Assembly: GCA_905331295.1 (NCBI GenBank)
Contig: CAJNYD010000056.1
Location: 1-64,000 of the forward strand
Length of the DNA: 64,000 nucleotides
Direction of reading: 5' to 3'
Source of the DNA: Rotaria socialis
Lineage: Eukaryota
Each line of letters starts with the position of its first letter. The stretch's first letter is position 1. A program made the position numbers and the translations under genes. The notes under the pieces are model-generated. The model was not told the origin of the DNA. It saw nothing but the letters and a program-made list of their open reading frames with translations, and ran no database searches. Shown piece by piece: positions 26,085 to 40,004 of the stretch.

Positions 26085-28048
26085 AAATTTGAATATCTAA
26101 AGCGTTTTTATATACTCTAATGGACAAAAACATTATGTATCGAAGGGGCCTATTTTCAAACAGTATAAATCGAATATTCATGGACCTTTCAGCCAATAGC
26201 TGCTTTTAAGTCTTCCCGAGAGTGCTTCAGATCTTTCTTAGTATCCAATGAATTTTAAAATCTAAGAGGATATTTGTGATCACGAAACTTAACTTTATCG
26301 AAATATAAGTAGTTGTACTAAAATCAGAAAAAAATGTTTTTTCGATCCTTGGGGGGTACTCCAGATGTTAAAAATTGAGTTTTCATAAAATACACAATAA
26401 ACTCGTGGAAAATAATCAGAATTCAATGACGATTCTCAAGCTAATAAAATTAGGTGAAGATTTTCTGCGAAGTTAAGTTCCTAATTTGATACATCTCTTT
26501 TGTGATCGTGCAATTAATGTGTTCACCAAAATTGAGGGAAAACAATAAGTTTAACAGAAAATGTTGTCGTCCTGTCGTATACCACGCCTTTATTTTACTG
26601 CTCCTTCTCCACAACTACTAACATGTTTAGCATGTTTCGCCATTTCTAGCACCTGTTCAGCACCTTCTGCACTCTGTAGTAAAATTTGGTGCTGGGAGCC
26701 AGTACTTTTCTCCTTGCTTCTAGAGAGAAAGAATCGATATGAATATTTATTGAAAACTATATCGTATCACGTAGTTTCCGATTCGCACAATGGTGCACAT
26801 ATTAAATAACAAACCTTTTCGTGCCTTCGAACAAAATCGCTTTTTTTCAATACTACCAACCATTTTTAAATAGTTTTATTGCGCACAGAGATGCTTGTAA
26901 TCAAAAAATAAATATGCAAGGTGACTTCTATTGTTTCTTTTTCAATTTTTCAAAGACTGACGAAAATATGAGAACCTATTTTGCGATGAATCAGTGAATA
27001 GAATTTGCGAGCATATGTATGTAATATTGCATGAAACCGTAATACTAATTATTTCTATTTTTATCAGAATCTACTTGATTGTCATTCAAGCAAACCTCGA
27101 TTCTTTACTAATAGTCATCACCCATGTATCGTTTACAAAACGGGCTTCAAATATCAAGATGAATATATTTTCGTGTATTCGATATTCAAAATTCCAATTC
27201 ACATGTTGATTATATGAGAAGAGCCTTATTCTATTAATCAAGAAAATTAATTTCTAAAGATCTATGTTAATCTAGTTATGAATAGAATTTTTCATCAGAA
27301 GAATTTCATTTCATGATGGTGGATATCAGCGTGTCTAATCTTTAGAAAAAAATACTATTTACAATGGTTAGTGGATTACATTCGACGTGACCCCTAAGAT
27401 ATATTAAATCTGAATGTCTAAGCTTCCGATAGAAACAAGAAAATATAACCTACTAAAAAGAAATTCTTTTTACCTTTTAATTCTGCAGCTAAACGATTTA
27501 TCTGATCTTCACATTCGAATACGCACGCAAATGCTTGCTTCAAGAAGATTTGAATGCCATAGTATGATTTTTAAATAGTCGTCTCCGAAAAGAACTTTAT
27601 GAATCAATCATAATTTATCTATCGTGAGGTCATAATGAAATCTGTCTTATACAAAATACTACTATAGTTCCAACTTTTTTAGCATGCATTAGTTTGAACG
27701 CTTACATGTTTTAAAATCTTCTCTTGTTCTTCTAAGTGCGACTTTCGTTCTTTATTAATCAAACAGATTATGAAATAGAAATACGATAGAGTTTTTTCTT
27801 ATTCTGCGTAGTTTTATTAATTACGTTGCCTGTGTTTCTCATGAGGAATATTTGCAGACAGCATCAGCAAAAGAAAATGTATTTGCAATATTAATGAAGC
27901 AACATAAACAATAAAAGCTATGAATTCATCAAAACTTTGTTGTATTCAAGGAATGCATCCAGTTGCTTGTTTCAAAGTCCAAATTGTGACAATCTCTTAT
28001 ATTCATAGATTGATTGAATTGTCTGCAATTACTCATTTTTTTCAACTA

Positions 28049-28977
28049 ACGGATTGGCCGAAAGTTTTGAAACAAAATGTTGCTTCATTTTTCCATCGAT
28101 TAAGTATGTCAACAGAAACTAGAGGACAATGGGTTAGAATCAGAATTTTGTGCTCTTCCAGAATCTATGCTCAGAAGTTTTGTAAGACTCATAGTTTCGG
28201 AGTTATGAGCGAATTTTTGGAAGGCCTAAAAATAAAGTTTGGATGAAAGCAGTTATACTAACAGATCCAGAGAAGAAAAATGTGATCGTACGTCTTTTGG
28301 AGTTGATATCCTGCTATTGTTCAGTAATGTTTATCGGCACTTTCTTATTTTCGTCCTGAAGACGTCCAGTTTAGCTTAGCCTAAGTTCATTTTGGTTGAT
28401 TGCATCGCGTTTTGAAACTTTTTGGATGAGGACCTTGACCATATATGTCCTTCTCAACAATAATACCCCTTATTAAATATCTTCTATTACCGTTTTTTTT
28501 GCACAACGTCAAGGGCGAGTCTGTTCTCTACAAAGTGAACTAAGAACCAAGAGTCTCGCAGCATCCCTTCAGAAATAATCAACCTCTTTTTGACAGTCTG
28601 GAAACCAAGGAGTTTCGAAAACGTCTTTGTGTCTCTTACTGAAACTCTCATTACTCAAATAAGCCTCATTAGAAATCAATGACCAGCCTATCGCTTCTTA
28701 GAGAAATGTTTGCTCTTTATTTAGATGTATTTCAAATAAATTTTACGCCTATTTTGGATGGTTTTTTGCGCACTGAAACTTGTCCAAACTTTATTTTTAG
28801 GCTTTCCAAAGATTCGCTCATAACTACGAAACTATGAGTTCTACAAAACTTCTGAGCATAGATTCTGCAAGAGCACAAAATTCTGAGTTCAACCAACTAT
28901 TCTAAAATTTCTGTTGACATACTTAAGCGGTCGAAAAATGAAGAAATATTTTGTCCCAAAACTTTCGGCCCACTCGT
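28049..28977. mobile_element. Tc1/mariner-like non-autonomous element, ~195 bp TIRs, TA flanks
   Basis: TA-ACGGATTGGCCGAAAGTTTTG... / ...CAAAACTTTCGGCCCACTCGT-TA; arms ~28049-28243 and ~28783-28977. Confidence 0.85.
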
Positions 28978-29558
28978 TAACACTGAGTGGTTCTATTTAT
29001 GAAAACCACGGCTGCGACTGTCTGAACGATTCGACTGTACGATATTGATATCATCATTTTCACCTAAAAGTTCAAAAAAGAAAGTAGAAGATATCTATGA
29101 AGTCTAAATTTGATAAACTTAACTTACAAACTAGCGTTACCGCTAGAATTTTTTGTCAGGGTTGACTCAGCCCCTTCCCATCTTTAGTAACACTCACTCA
29201 TGTGAAGAAATAAGGCAAAAGTCAGATTAAAGTGGATAAAAAAAGATAAAAAGTCGATTATGATTGTCCTAAATCGTACAAAATTAACTGAAGATTTGTT
29301 GATAATCACTGCAAAGAAGCAATTATTTTCGATGTTTTCATTCGTTTTTGGTTGATAATTATCAATTATTAATATTTTTCAAGTCACTATGAACTCATTT
29401 CAATTCTGAAGTTTTTCAGATGGGCCGCTCTACTGAGCCCTTATCTGAGATCATTTTTTAGTCACATCCCAAAGTTCGTTTTTTTGAATGAACACAAATC
29501 CAATGCAGTCCATTAGGACTTCATAGGGTATTTGAATTTGGGGCAAATTCAAAATGCT

Positions 29559-29741
29559 TATACCGCTATACCGCTACACTGTTATAGTGTTATAGCGGTA
29601 TAGCGGTAGCTAGATGTCACGTATCCCTTACAGAGACAGAAAGGCAGGAGAGAAGGTACCCCTCCCCTACACCCACACTAGGTACCCCATCGTATGGTAT
29701 AGTAGTATAGCGGTATACTGCTTATACCGCTATACCACTAC
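29559..29741. repeat. Palindromic clusters of TATACCGC/GCGGTATA 8-mers
   Basis: Two clusters (~29559-29607, ~29692-29741) with both orientations of the 8-mer. Confidence 0.6.
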
Positions 29742-32580
29742 AGTTTTTATTTTGTCACAAATACAGATGATTTTAATGAATTCGATTTTGCCGCAAATTC
29801 ATATTCCCCATCATATGGCAGTTGAAGCAGCCACCAAGAGACTGTTCCAATAATTTTCTACAATCAAATGATTCATCAATTCCTACTCAACAATGCGTGG
29901 ATGGGAGGAAATTTAGCTTCGTCTTGTAGTTCTTTTTAGCATTGAAACATTTTTCTACTGCGGAAAAATACTCGAACAGCTGCTTTTGTTGTTACAAAAA
30001 AAGCAGTCCCTAATAAAGAATGTTAGCGTAAACAAGATCAGCAAGAATCTTATTTTACCAGTAATTTCCAAGTGTATTTGAATTTTGAAAAATATATACA
30101 GGCAATTATTGCATTATTTTATTGTGCATTACCTTCTGTGTGCGGTGAAGAAGACCAATTCATTTTTATTAGCGAAGAAAAAATACTTAAAAGGCTTCCT
30201 TACCTGTGACAATCAACATTTTTTCAAATCGATAGCGTATTGATTTTTTCGGAATTATATATATGTGTACTTATTTATGAGCGTTGCATGGACACTATTT
30301 TACTTCCAACATGTTGTCGTTGTGTTAGTTTACCATGAGACAATGCATTTGAAAGTAAATATAACAGAGTAGACAGGAAAAATTACATTTTTTAATTAAC
30401 AACCTCTTGTGATATTACTTGAATTGAGTTATTCTGTGAAATATGCTCTGAAGTCAGTTTTTAGGTTTCTTTGTGAAAAATATTCATTGTAGAACTTTGA
30501 TTAATATTTAACAACGTGCACATTCAAATACGTTGCATAAGTAGGAGCATAATTCAGTAACACTTCGACGATTGTTACCTCAATCGCATATCATTTTCTG
30601 CTAGAAATCTAGACACATTGTTTACTGCAAGACTATAAGCTTGTATATGTGCTTGATATAGAAATTACTATACTGGCATGTGTATCTGAAGTAGGCCAGC
30701 GTATGAGGATAGCAGAAAGTTTAATAATGTCTAAAGATCGATTTCTGCTTTCGAATTTTTAAAACATTTTTGATAAATCAAATTTAGTTGTTGGTGTGGC
30801 ATTAGTCCAGTTTTGTTGGACGTAAATGATTGTTTTTCTTAAAAACATGGATTTCCACTATGAAAGCTACATCAAAACAAAAGCACAAAAAGTTCGTCCA
30901 TCTATTTTTAAATGTCATTGTTTATCTGTTGATAAATTCGAATGCACAGTACCAAATAAATACTAGTGCATCATGAGAAGGAATGTAATTCTCGAATATC
31001 TATGAAAAGTGAAGATAAAGTCTATGAATCATCAAATGTTTTATCTGTTGATACGAATTCGCACTTTTCCCCATTAATATCTTCTTCTGCTAGCACAGAC
31101 AGTTGCCCTTTCAACTTTGCCCATCCACTTACAGTTGATGTGGTGTAATTATGAAATAGCTGGTTGTAAGACTAGAGGACGATAATAAAGAATTCAATTT
31201 GGAAGCCTCATCAGATCAATGAAAATATCGCAAAAGTCTTTGGTAATGTCTCGAATTATTTTGAAATCTTTGATAAATATGAAGTCTGATGTTCCCTTCT
31301 TGTCGTAGATTGAGTGGATGGTTACTGCGACTCACGTGTTCACTTGCACCCGTATATCCCTCTGGATAAGTAATATTCAACCATTCTTTTAATTCTTCAG
31401 ATTTCGAATTGTCAATACAAAAAATATTTTAGAAAAAAATCCTATATTTCCTATGCAAACTATCATCTTACTTGAAAAAGTTCTCTTTCCGACACTGATT
31501 CAAGCTAATTACTCATTTAAATTATTCGGCAATCAACTTGTGATACGAAATTTTTTATTACATGATTTCATGACTGCGATATTGGTAGTATAGGCGCAAA
31601 ATTGAAAGCGTTTAGTCAAGCAATGAATGTACATCATATAGTCTATAGGCATTCGATTGAAAGTCGCCATATTACTGCTAGTAGAACGGTTGATGAATTT
31701 ACTATTCAATCTAGATACAGTTCAATAAAAAGGCTAGTACGAGAGAAAATTGGTCTGTTTTCACTATTTTTAGCGGTACTTCAGTATGAGACAATCTCAC
31801 AGCAATAGAAAGTATTACATGAACACCTAGATAATTTGATTCCACTTGAACGTTCTCAAGCGTTGTAGGATGTATTGAATAGTAACAAAAAAAAAAGAAA
31901 TCGTCTTTTTTATCAAACTTTAAGCAGAATTCGATCATTGAGTCAGTATTTAGGGCTTCAATTGTATCAATGAATACTACGGAATGGGTTGTAGTTTTTC
32001 TTTGTTCAGATGCATTGAAAGATGAAGAATAGTAATTATAAATGTATATCAATATCATTTTTTTTCTTTTCCCGCCTGCATTTAAGAATATATTTTACGT
32101 TTTATCCTCTGCAAAGACCTTACGCTTATCCCATAGACGATCCTATTAATTATTAGTGAGAAACTAATAAATTCGGACATATTCCAAGTTTTTTTTATTG
32201 AGTCACAAATCGATGGAGAATAAATCATTATATTAACTTCTCGACTGGTTATTGGTTTATGCATGTAAATATTTGTTTCATCTATCTTACCATGTAGTTC
32301 AAGTGCGTAAAATGTGACTAAAATAAAGTAATTGATATTTGTAGAAAAGCAACAATTATTATTGAATTCAATATAAGTATTCTCTATTTCAAAACTAAAC
32401 GAAAGTAGAAAGTAGTATGTCTCTGAACCAGATGAATGAAAAAAGCTGCTAGCGCAATCCCTTTGGGATTAAAAGTGTGAAACACGATGAAACTTCTTTT
32501 CTGGAATTCGTCTATTACTGTCACTGGTGGTCTGTGGAGCTTCTCTATTACGGTCTGTATTATGATGTATGGAGTCTCTA

Positions 32581-32733
32581 GAAACCATCACAGACTGTTA
32601 CAGAGAATTGAGAAACCACCACAAACTGTTACAGAGAATTGAGAAATTATCACAGACCGTTACAGAGAAATTAATTAATCATTAATTAATTAACCAATTA
32701 ACTGATTAATTAATTTCTCTGTAACGGTCTGTG
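32581..32733. repeat. Three 31-bp tandem units ending in a perfect 31-bp hairpin
   Basis: Units start at 32581, 32612, 32643; 32651-32681 is the exact reverse complement of 32703-32733. Confidence 0.85.
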
Positions 32734-34858
32734 GGGGCGAGAGGCAAATTTCTATCCTATATACTTCAACACTCCTTTCAGATCGTGTTTCACAAAAGCA
32801 GCGAGAAAGGACGCTCCACTACGAAAATAAAACTTCAGATAATGTAACCAAAACATTCACATGTTTTGATAAGAGTATTGAAATTCTTGTTTTTTATTTC
32901 ACTTATTATCAAAACAAAATATCTAAAACTATTATATAAATTATGAAACTATTGACGTTGATTTATCTAAAAACCAATGATGACATCGATAATTACAGAA
33001 AACAATGAAAATAAGATTTAAAAAGGCGTGAAAAATAAAAGATTAGTACCTGTAAAAATCATACATTACATTTGTTTTGATCACCAGTATGTAAGTCCTT
33101 CTTACATATAGACTTTTGTGGTATTGGATACGGGCACAAAAAAAAGACTAGCAAGTATACTTTCGTTTGCATATTGGATGAACTAGATCATTGTTAGCAT
33201 GCCTTTTTTGTTGCAAAAAATTGTTTCAGTTAGGGATATGCGATGTTCTGATTTTCATAGGATTCATTTTGCAATAAATATAAATATTCATATGCTATAT
33301 TATAAAAATACAATTTTTATGCCAATTACAAAATTTCGTCTGATTTGTTCAAAAGTATTTTATGTTGTAAAATGTGGGCTTGAAGAATCTACTTGCTCTT
33401 TTCTCTTTTTTATGCGAAACTAATAAAATGTACGTGCATGTTTTTCAAAATAAAAATCATTGTTGGCACTGTGAGTCTTTTATTGTTCTTGCATTATTAC
33501 ACGTGCTTATATAAAAGAAAAGAGAAACCACCAAATCTGAAAAGTGTTTGATTGTTGTGTAATTACACTTCAGTCGAGTACTATGTGTCAGAAATTTTAT
33601 TGTCATATGTCATTATTGTAAAATTATATTATCAATAGATGATACTGTATGATGAACTTTGATGTAATAAACTGTAAGAGTTCGTTTGTTTCTCCTTTAT
33701 TTCTGTTTGTATATATGTCTCAAGAAAGCAACAGAAAAAAACGAAATTTTCTAGATATGAGTGACATCTAGACTCCGGCGTTCATCTTTTTTTCGTTCTG
33801 TTTTTTTGTAAGTCTCTATGTGAACCAATAGATTATCTTTCTGTTCTCTCATGTATCTAAAAGTGTAAACTAGGTAGGACTCTTGATCTTGCTATTTAGT
33901 CGCCGACAAATCCTAAATACAGATTATTTATGATAATTACGCTCTCGAACTTTTTACATTAACTAATGTAACTGCAATTTCAAGGTTATCGCTTCTTGCA
34001 AATAGTATATGACTCTATTCAAACTAGTACCACATTTTTTTATAATATATTATTTGATTTTGTGTTATTTTCTTCTAACTCCTCTACTCAGTTTGTTTTT
34101 GCATAAAATACATGTCTTTCGTCTTTTCTCTATGAATGTTTGCAGTTCGCTTTTTCTTTCTTTCACCAATAATTGAAATAGACGTTTATATCGTTAGAAC
34201 ACTTTTATACTCAAATTACTATGACCGTTTTGTGCTTTCGCTTTTATTTCGTTCATATTATCATTATTGTTGTACTTCAATAGGTGAAGTATGCAGATAT
34301 GAGTTGATACTCAATCGTGAACTATTCTTTTCGTTCTTTCTTACTCCTTCTCTCGTTCCTCTTTCTTTTGCATATGCAAGACAGGTATTGTAAAAGAAAG
34401 ATAGACGATGGTCTAGGTCAGGCATTCATGTATAATTGACAACACCAATGCAAAAACGTCCAAATGTCAGTTGCGCTCATGATAGATCTCTTGTATACAC
34501 AAGGCCGCCAGTTAGAAGAGAGAGAAAAAAAGGAAGTTTACCAGTAGTTCTCTCTGTGATCAAGAATGAGAAAATGATGTCAGCTTATGTTGACTGCATT
34601 AGAAAGGAAGAAAAAATATTACTGCCTGCTTTTTCCCTGGCAGTTATCGTGCTTATTCGCTAGAGAGCTGCAAGTTATTGATGACAAATAACCACCCACA
34701 CCCAGCTAAATGTAAATGGAACGGAATAAAAGAGATAGACAGGAAATGAGTCATGCTTTATTATTATTATTATTATTATGAATAATATAGAATGCAGTTG
34801 TCTATATATAGATGTGAATATATTGAATTTTGTTTTGCAGATCTCTATTTTATTCATC

Positions 34859-37800
34859 ATGACAGCCGAACAGTTTCGAGACTGTTTCGTGGTAAGTTAT
34901 TGCTCGTAGTATCTATATTTGATTTCAATTAAAAATTTATAGGGCGAAAGAGGCTATGAAGCTTTAAAAAAACTAATGAAAAGTGGTAATGAACATTGTA
35001 CAGACATTGCGAAATGTTGGCAAGAACGGTAAAAAAACTCCTAACAACCAGTAATCATATCGATTTCAAAACTCTGTTGTTTAGTTATGACCTTGAGATT
35101 GCTTATGCTAAAGGTCTTCGTAAGAACAGTGAAACATTTCAGAAGCTTTCAAGTCGAACAAAAGGGTAAAACTTGAAATAAAAAATAGCTTTTCGTTTAA
35201 AAAAACTAATATTATTGTTTTTTCTACTAACTATGCAGATCTTTAGTACAAGCATTTACAACTATCGCTACACAAATCAATATCGAAAGTGAAGCACATA
35301 ATTCAATAGCTAATATATTACTTAATAAAATATCTATTCCAATGAAAAATCTTGCTGATACACAACTTAAAGCAAGAAAACCGGTAATTATAAAAATTAC
35401 CTAAGAAAATTTTTGTTTGAGCTGTTTTCTTCTTAAGATTGAGGATGTACTAAATGGAAAATTTAAAGTCTGGAAAGATAAAAGAGAAACCGATACTAAA
35501 GTAAGCAAAATAAACATTCGCCATTTAAATAAAAACTTATTTATTATTTCAGTATCGTCAACGTCAATTTGATAATTGTAAAGAAATCGAAGGATTATAT
35601 CTTAGAATGGACGAAATTCCAAAAACAACAAAAAATTCTGCTAAAGAAACTAGCAAGGTTAGTATAAGAAAAGAAAATGATCCTTTTTATTTTGTCCACC
35701 ATATCTATTATCATATACAGGAAGTACATTTGGTCACCGCTTGTGTATCCTACGGTGGACATCGCGCATATACCTCTGAAAAGGTGTGAAGTGTGGATAT
35801 GAGAATAATAATACTTGTTGTTGCACTTGTTTCTTTTTGTTTTAATCTTGAATTTGATTGCTGCTCAAACATAAGAATTTGTTAGTGATAACTAAGATCC
35901 CGTCTACAATAGATTTCCCATTCTTGATGGTTAGCGGAGTTGTGGTATTGCCAGGAACATATATTTCTCCTGAGAAATGCTGATAATAAAACATTTTCAG
36001 CACGATTTGCCATATTAGATTGAGTTTTTAGGAAGTTTATGCCTTCTAGAAGAAAAGCTATAACCTCTTTAAAAAACACGTGATATAGTGTTTAGAGTAA
36101 TTTCAAATTAAAATCAACAATTTTTTTTCTCTAGAGGAATTTTTCTATGGACTTTTTTATGATGCAGATAAGCTGAAAATAAGCAGTATGCATTGAATCT
36201 CACTTTCCATGACGGTGATGTAAACTATTCTTTACATTTGGAGCCATATGGAAACTATTTTGAGTTTAATGGTCGAAAAACATGTTAGGTACATTCGAAG
36301 GTTGACCCATTAGTCTGTTAAAATCATTTATTTCTATTCTGAAATAAACAATTTCGATATTGTTGTTACGAAAAAAATGCGTTTATTAATTTTGGGAATG
36401 CTTAAACAATGATTTTAATTAATATGAGCAATTTTTCCTTCTTGCTTGTATAAAAATTCAATTGATCAAAGAATATTATTCGTTCTTAACTATGTTTGAC
36501 TGTTAACACTATACTTTTCTTAACGCTGCTAATGATTTTTTTGATTGATGAAATGGAATATTTACACTGATTACTATTTATTTCATTTTCATCTATAGTC
36601 AGCTGCTGTTCTCAGTGATAAAACTACGTTAAATGTAAGAATTTGAATTAGTACTAAATGCACTGACCTTTTTTTAAAATTAATTCATAATCGCTGCCAA
36701 CTGCTTCTTTATTTTATTTGCAAAATCTAATTCATTAATTTATTTTTGTGCGAGATTTATTTCATTACTAATACATCGTCTGTTTTTTAAAAATAGATTG
36801 AAATGTCACTTCGAAAATTGGAACAGGAATTAGAGAAAAACGAAAAAAAATATCATGAATCAACTAAAGAGGTTGAGATAGCAAGACAAACATGTGACGC
36901 TGAAATGTGTAGAGTAAGTAGTTCCATTATTAGTTTTCTTTAGGTTGCCAAGAAGATAAATATACTTTAGAGTTGTGATCAAATGCAAACGATGGAACTT
37001 GATCGAATTAATGAAATGGAAAAATTCATTCAAACGTACACTAATTCTATACAAAAGCTTAGTGAAACGATGAATCAAGTAACTATTTAGGCTTTCAAAT
37101 GAGTAGAACTTTCATCTCGAGAAGCAGTGGAGTTGAAAGCCTGCTGGCACATGTGAATCGCAGTTATTCTCACGAGATTTCATATTTGTTTTGAAATTAA
37201 AGAATAGGAAAAAGTCAATGTAAAATGTTTACGCATTACTAGGGATGGCACTTTAACTTTACTTTAAAAATTAAAGTTAAAGTGCCACTCCTACTCATTA
37301 CACATAAATACAATAGAATCGGTTGTTTCAATTTTCGTGATGCAAACAAGTTAGTTTTTATTCCAGCAGAACAAAATTAAACCTAAATTGTTCATTAATT
37401 GTCATCAGAGCTCTGTTTTTATTGTTGTCAGTAATAGAAACACATTGAAATCAGTAGTGAGATTCTATATAACTAATATTTTCTTTTTAACAATAAGAAA
37501 ATCAACGTTAAAATTTCTGCTTTGATGATTTTTTTCTATTAAATGCATAATAACAATTCTTTTCTTTAAAAGATAACACAAGAGTTATTCTCTATCCGTA
37601 TAACACCATCAGAAGATATTGTTACTGAAGGTAAATTAAATCTACAAACAACTGAAACTGAAATTCTACTATATGATATTTATGTATGTAAATGAATGTT
37701 TACTTTCTTCTTTAAAGAAAAATACTTTCTCTTTATCAAGGCGGAGAACGAACCTAATACAATGAGTCAAGAGCGTCGAATATTGAGTCTTATGCATTGG

Positions 37801-40004
37801 ATGCAAATGTTAAAACAAGATATTGAAATACAACGTCGATCAAAAGATGGTTTGTTTTCATGTTTTTTCCCTTTTAAGATTGATAATTTTCTCCTGCCTA
37901 TGAGATAAGAAAAAAAGCACGTTCATCGTTTTTTGATTATAGTGAGTAGTGTCTTTCCATTAAAATCTCGTGAGGGAGAATCACCAGACGATGATCGAAG
38001 TTCATCAAGTGATGGAACGATGCGTTCTAGGCTCGCTCAATCACAAACAGGTACACATTAATGTTGTAATACCTTTTTCTATTGATGATCGTTGTTATGT
38101 GTATTAAAATCCGAAAATTATGTAAAAAATAAAATAATAACCCTGCTCGATTGTATTAGATATTGTGGTTCATGGTGAACAGCTTCGGGAAAGTTCATCG
38201 TCTTCATCGAATGATGATGATGGCGCTATGTGTCATCATAAAAAAAGAGAAATCCAAAAAAAAAAGGGTATCTTCTTCTTCGTTTTGGTATATATATATA
38301 TATCATATATTTATTGCACCCATTCTATCAATGCTTGGGCACGATTGTTCGTCATATTTGTCTCTTGATGCTTGTTTTATTTAGATTTTTTTTCATACGA
38401 AATTATTTTATTTTCAAATTTTTCAAATCTAGGTATTGAAAACTTACAAGGATTTTGTAAACAAAATCAGAAGTTTTTAAGTAGTGTAAATCCGAGTGAA
38501 ATATTTACTAATCGTGAAAGTGTAAGAGTGTTGCCATTAAATCTAATCAATCATATTTTGCTTTGTTTAAATTTAAGGTTCGTCTTCTGCAATGTCTCTA
38601 TCAAGGAAGTTTATACAAAATGGAAGTACTTTATAATCAAATTAAGCATTTACCGGAACCACAATATGAACATTCACAACGTTTTGCCAAAAGTTATACA
38701 GATAAAGTTCGTACGAATTAAATCTATGATTGAAGATGAGAATTTGAACAAACTCTACTAGAGGAAAGTTTTCAGCAAAAATTATCACTCTCTATCAGGA
38801 AGTTTATGAGTTAAATCTAATAATAATCATACCATTAGTACAATCTTATGTTTTTCGTTACAAAATTCATTCTAAAATATTGAATCCTTTTCGATTTTGC
38901 AAAGATTGTAATGCTAATGAAGAATTTTCTTTCTAGGGTGTTCCAACAAGTTTTCTTCGAATTCCATTTCAACCACTAAGTCAAACTCCTGCGTCTGCTC
39001 CATCTGTTGTGAGCTGTCTTGCACGTTCAACGCCTGTCTTTGGCGCACCTCCAATGATGCAACAACCTGCACCACCGCCACCATATTCAGCTCATACTCA
39101 ACCGCCAATCGGCTGGGCAATCAATGATATTCCCAATGAGCATTCAGCACAAGGTAATAAGAGAACTAAATTGTTTTATTGATTCCATCAAATCTTTCTC
39201 AGATAGTTTTGATTAGTTCACCAATGAAAATGATCTATTCATTGTTATAGATTACAGAGTCTTTCCTAAACACCGTGTTTTTTCTGCTGAAAAACATTCT
39301 TGTAAGTTTCAAAGAGTCACAAGCATTTGCTTTAACAAAAACTCTTTTTATCATCAAAAGTTGATCATACTTTTCTTCTTCTTCTTCTTCTTTTATTTTG
39401 ATCCATTAAGGTCTAAGGTAGTTTTCCAAATTTTGCTATTTAAAAGAAAACGAAACTCACATGCTATAATTGTATCTATTTATTGTATTTTATTCTCATA
39501 ATAACACATTATTGCTTTTATTTTTACCAACAAACTCATTCAGGACCATATCCAAAGTGTAAGTTAAAATCAATGTGTCCTGATTCATGCATGTGTATGA
39601 TCTGCTTTCATAAATATATTATTTGTGCCATGAAAGATATTTTCAACAATGAGATAATCCTTTTTTCTTTCTTGTTCGTGTATAGATAATCAATCCATGG
39701 CACCTACACTACCCTATCCAGTTCTTCCATCTGCAATGACAGCATCAGCTGACTCTGTTCGACAACAACAACCCACAGCTAAACATGTTAAAGTAATGCA
39801 TGCCTATGATGCGAGACATGCCGATGAATTAACTATACGACCAGGTACGATCGTATTTTGTTTTTCTTTAAATTTAATTGGATGTACATTCTTTGTTAAG
39901 GTGATATTATTGTCTTAATGGAACGGCGTACTGACAATTGGTTTAGAGGTAATTTGGATGGAAATATTGGTTTATTTCCAGGCAATTTTGTACAAGAATT
40001 ATAA
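34859..40004 (+). CDS. NOSTRIN: NOSTRIN-like F-BAR / HR1 / SH3 protein (multi-exon)
   Basis: Spliced translation MTAEQFRDCFVGERGYEAL...ERYDLEIAYAKGL (F-BAR), LLYDIYAEN..MSQERR...DIEIQRRSKDG-IENL (HR1-like), Pro-rich linker, C-terminal SH3 AYDARHADELTIRPGD...WFRG...GLFPGNFV. Confidence 0.82.
37240..37293. mobile_element. 54-bp hAT-like MITE in NOSTRIN intron
   Basis: TAGGGATGGCACTTTAACTTTA / TAAAGTTAAAGTGCCACTCCTA TIRs; 8-bp flanks CGCATTAC / CTCATTAC. Confidence 0.75.

Noticed and set aside
26590..27550. Possible minus-strand exons
   Set aside because: Splice-like signals are present, but no consistent stop-free model or recognisable family.
30500..31450. Coding-like decayed sequence on minus strand
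   Set aside because: Multiple stops and no identifiable motif.
32581..32673. CRISPR-like array
   Set aside because: Units are directly tandem with no unique spacers; eukaryotic context; no cas genes.
35715..36310. Transposase remnant in NOSTRIN intron
   Set aside because: Only vague resemblance; no paired TIRs or DDE motif found.
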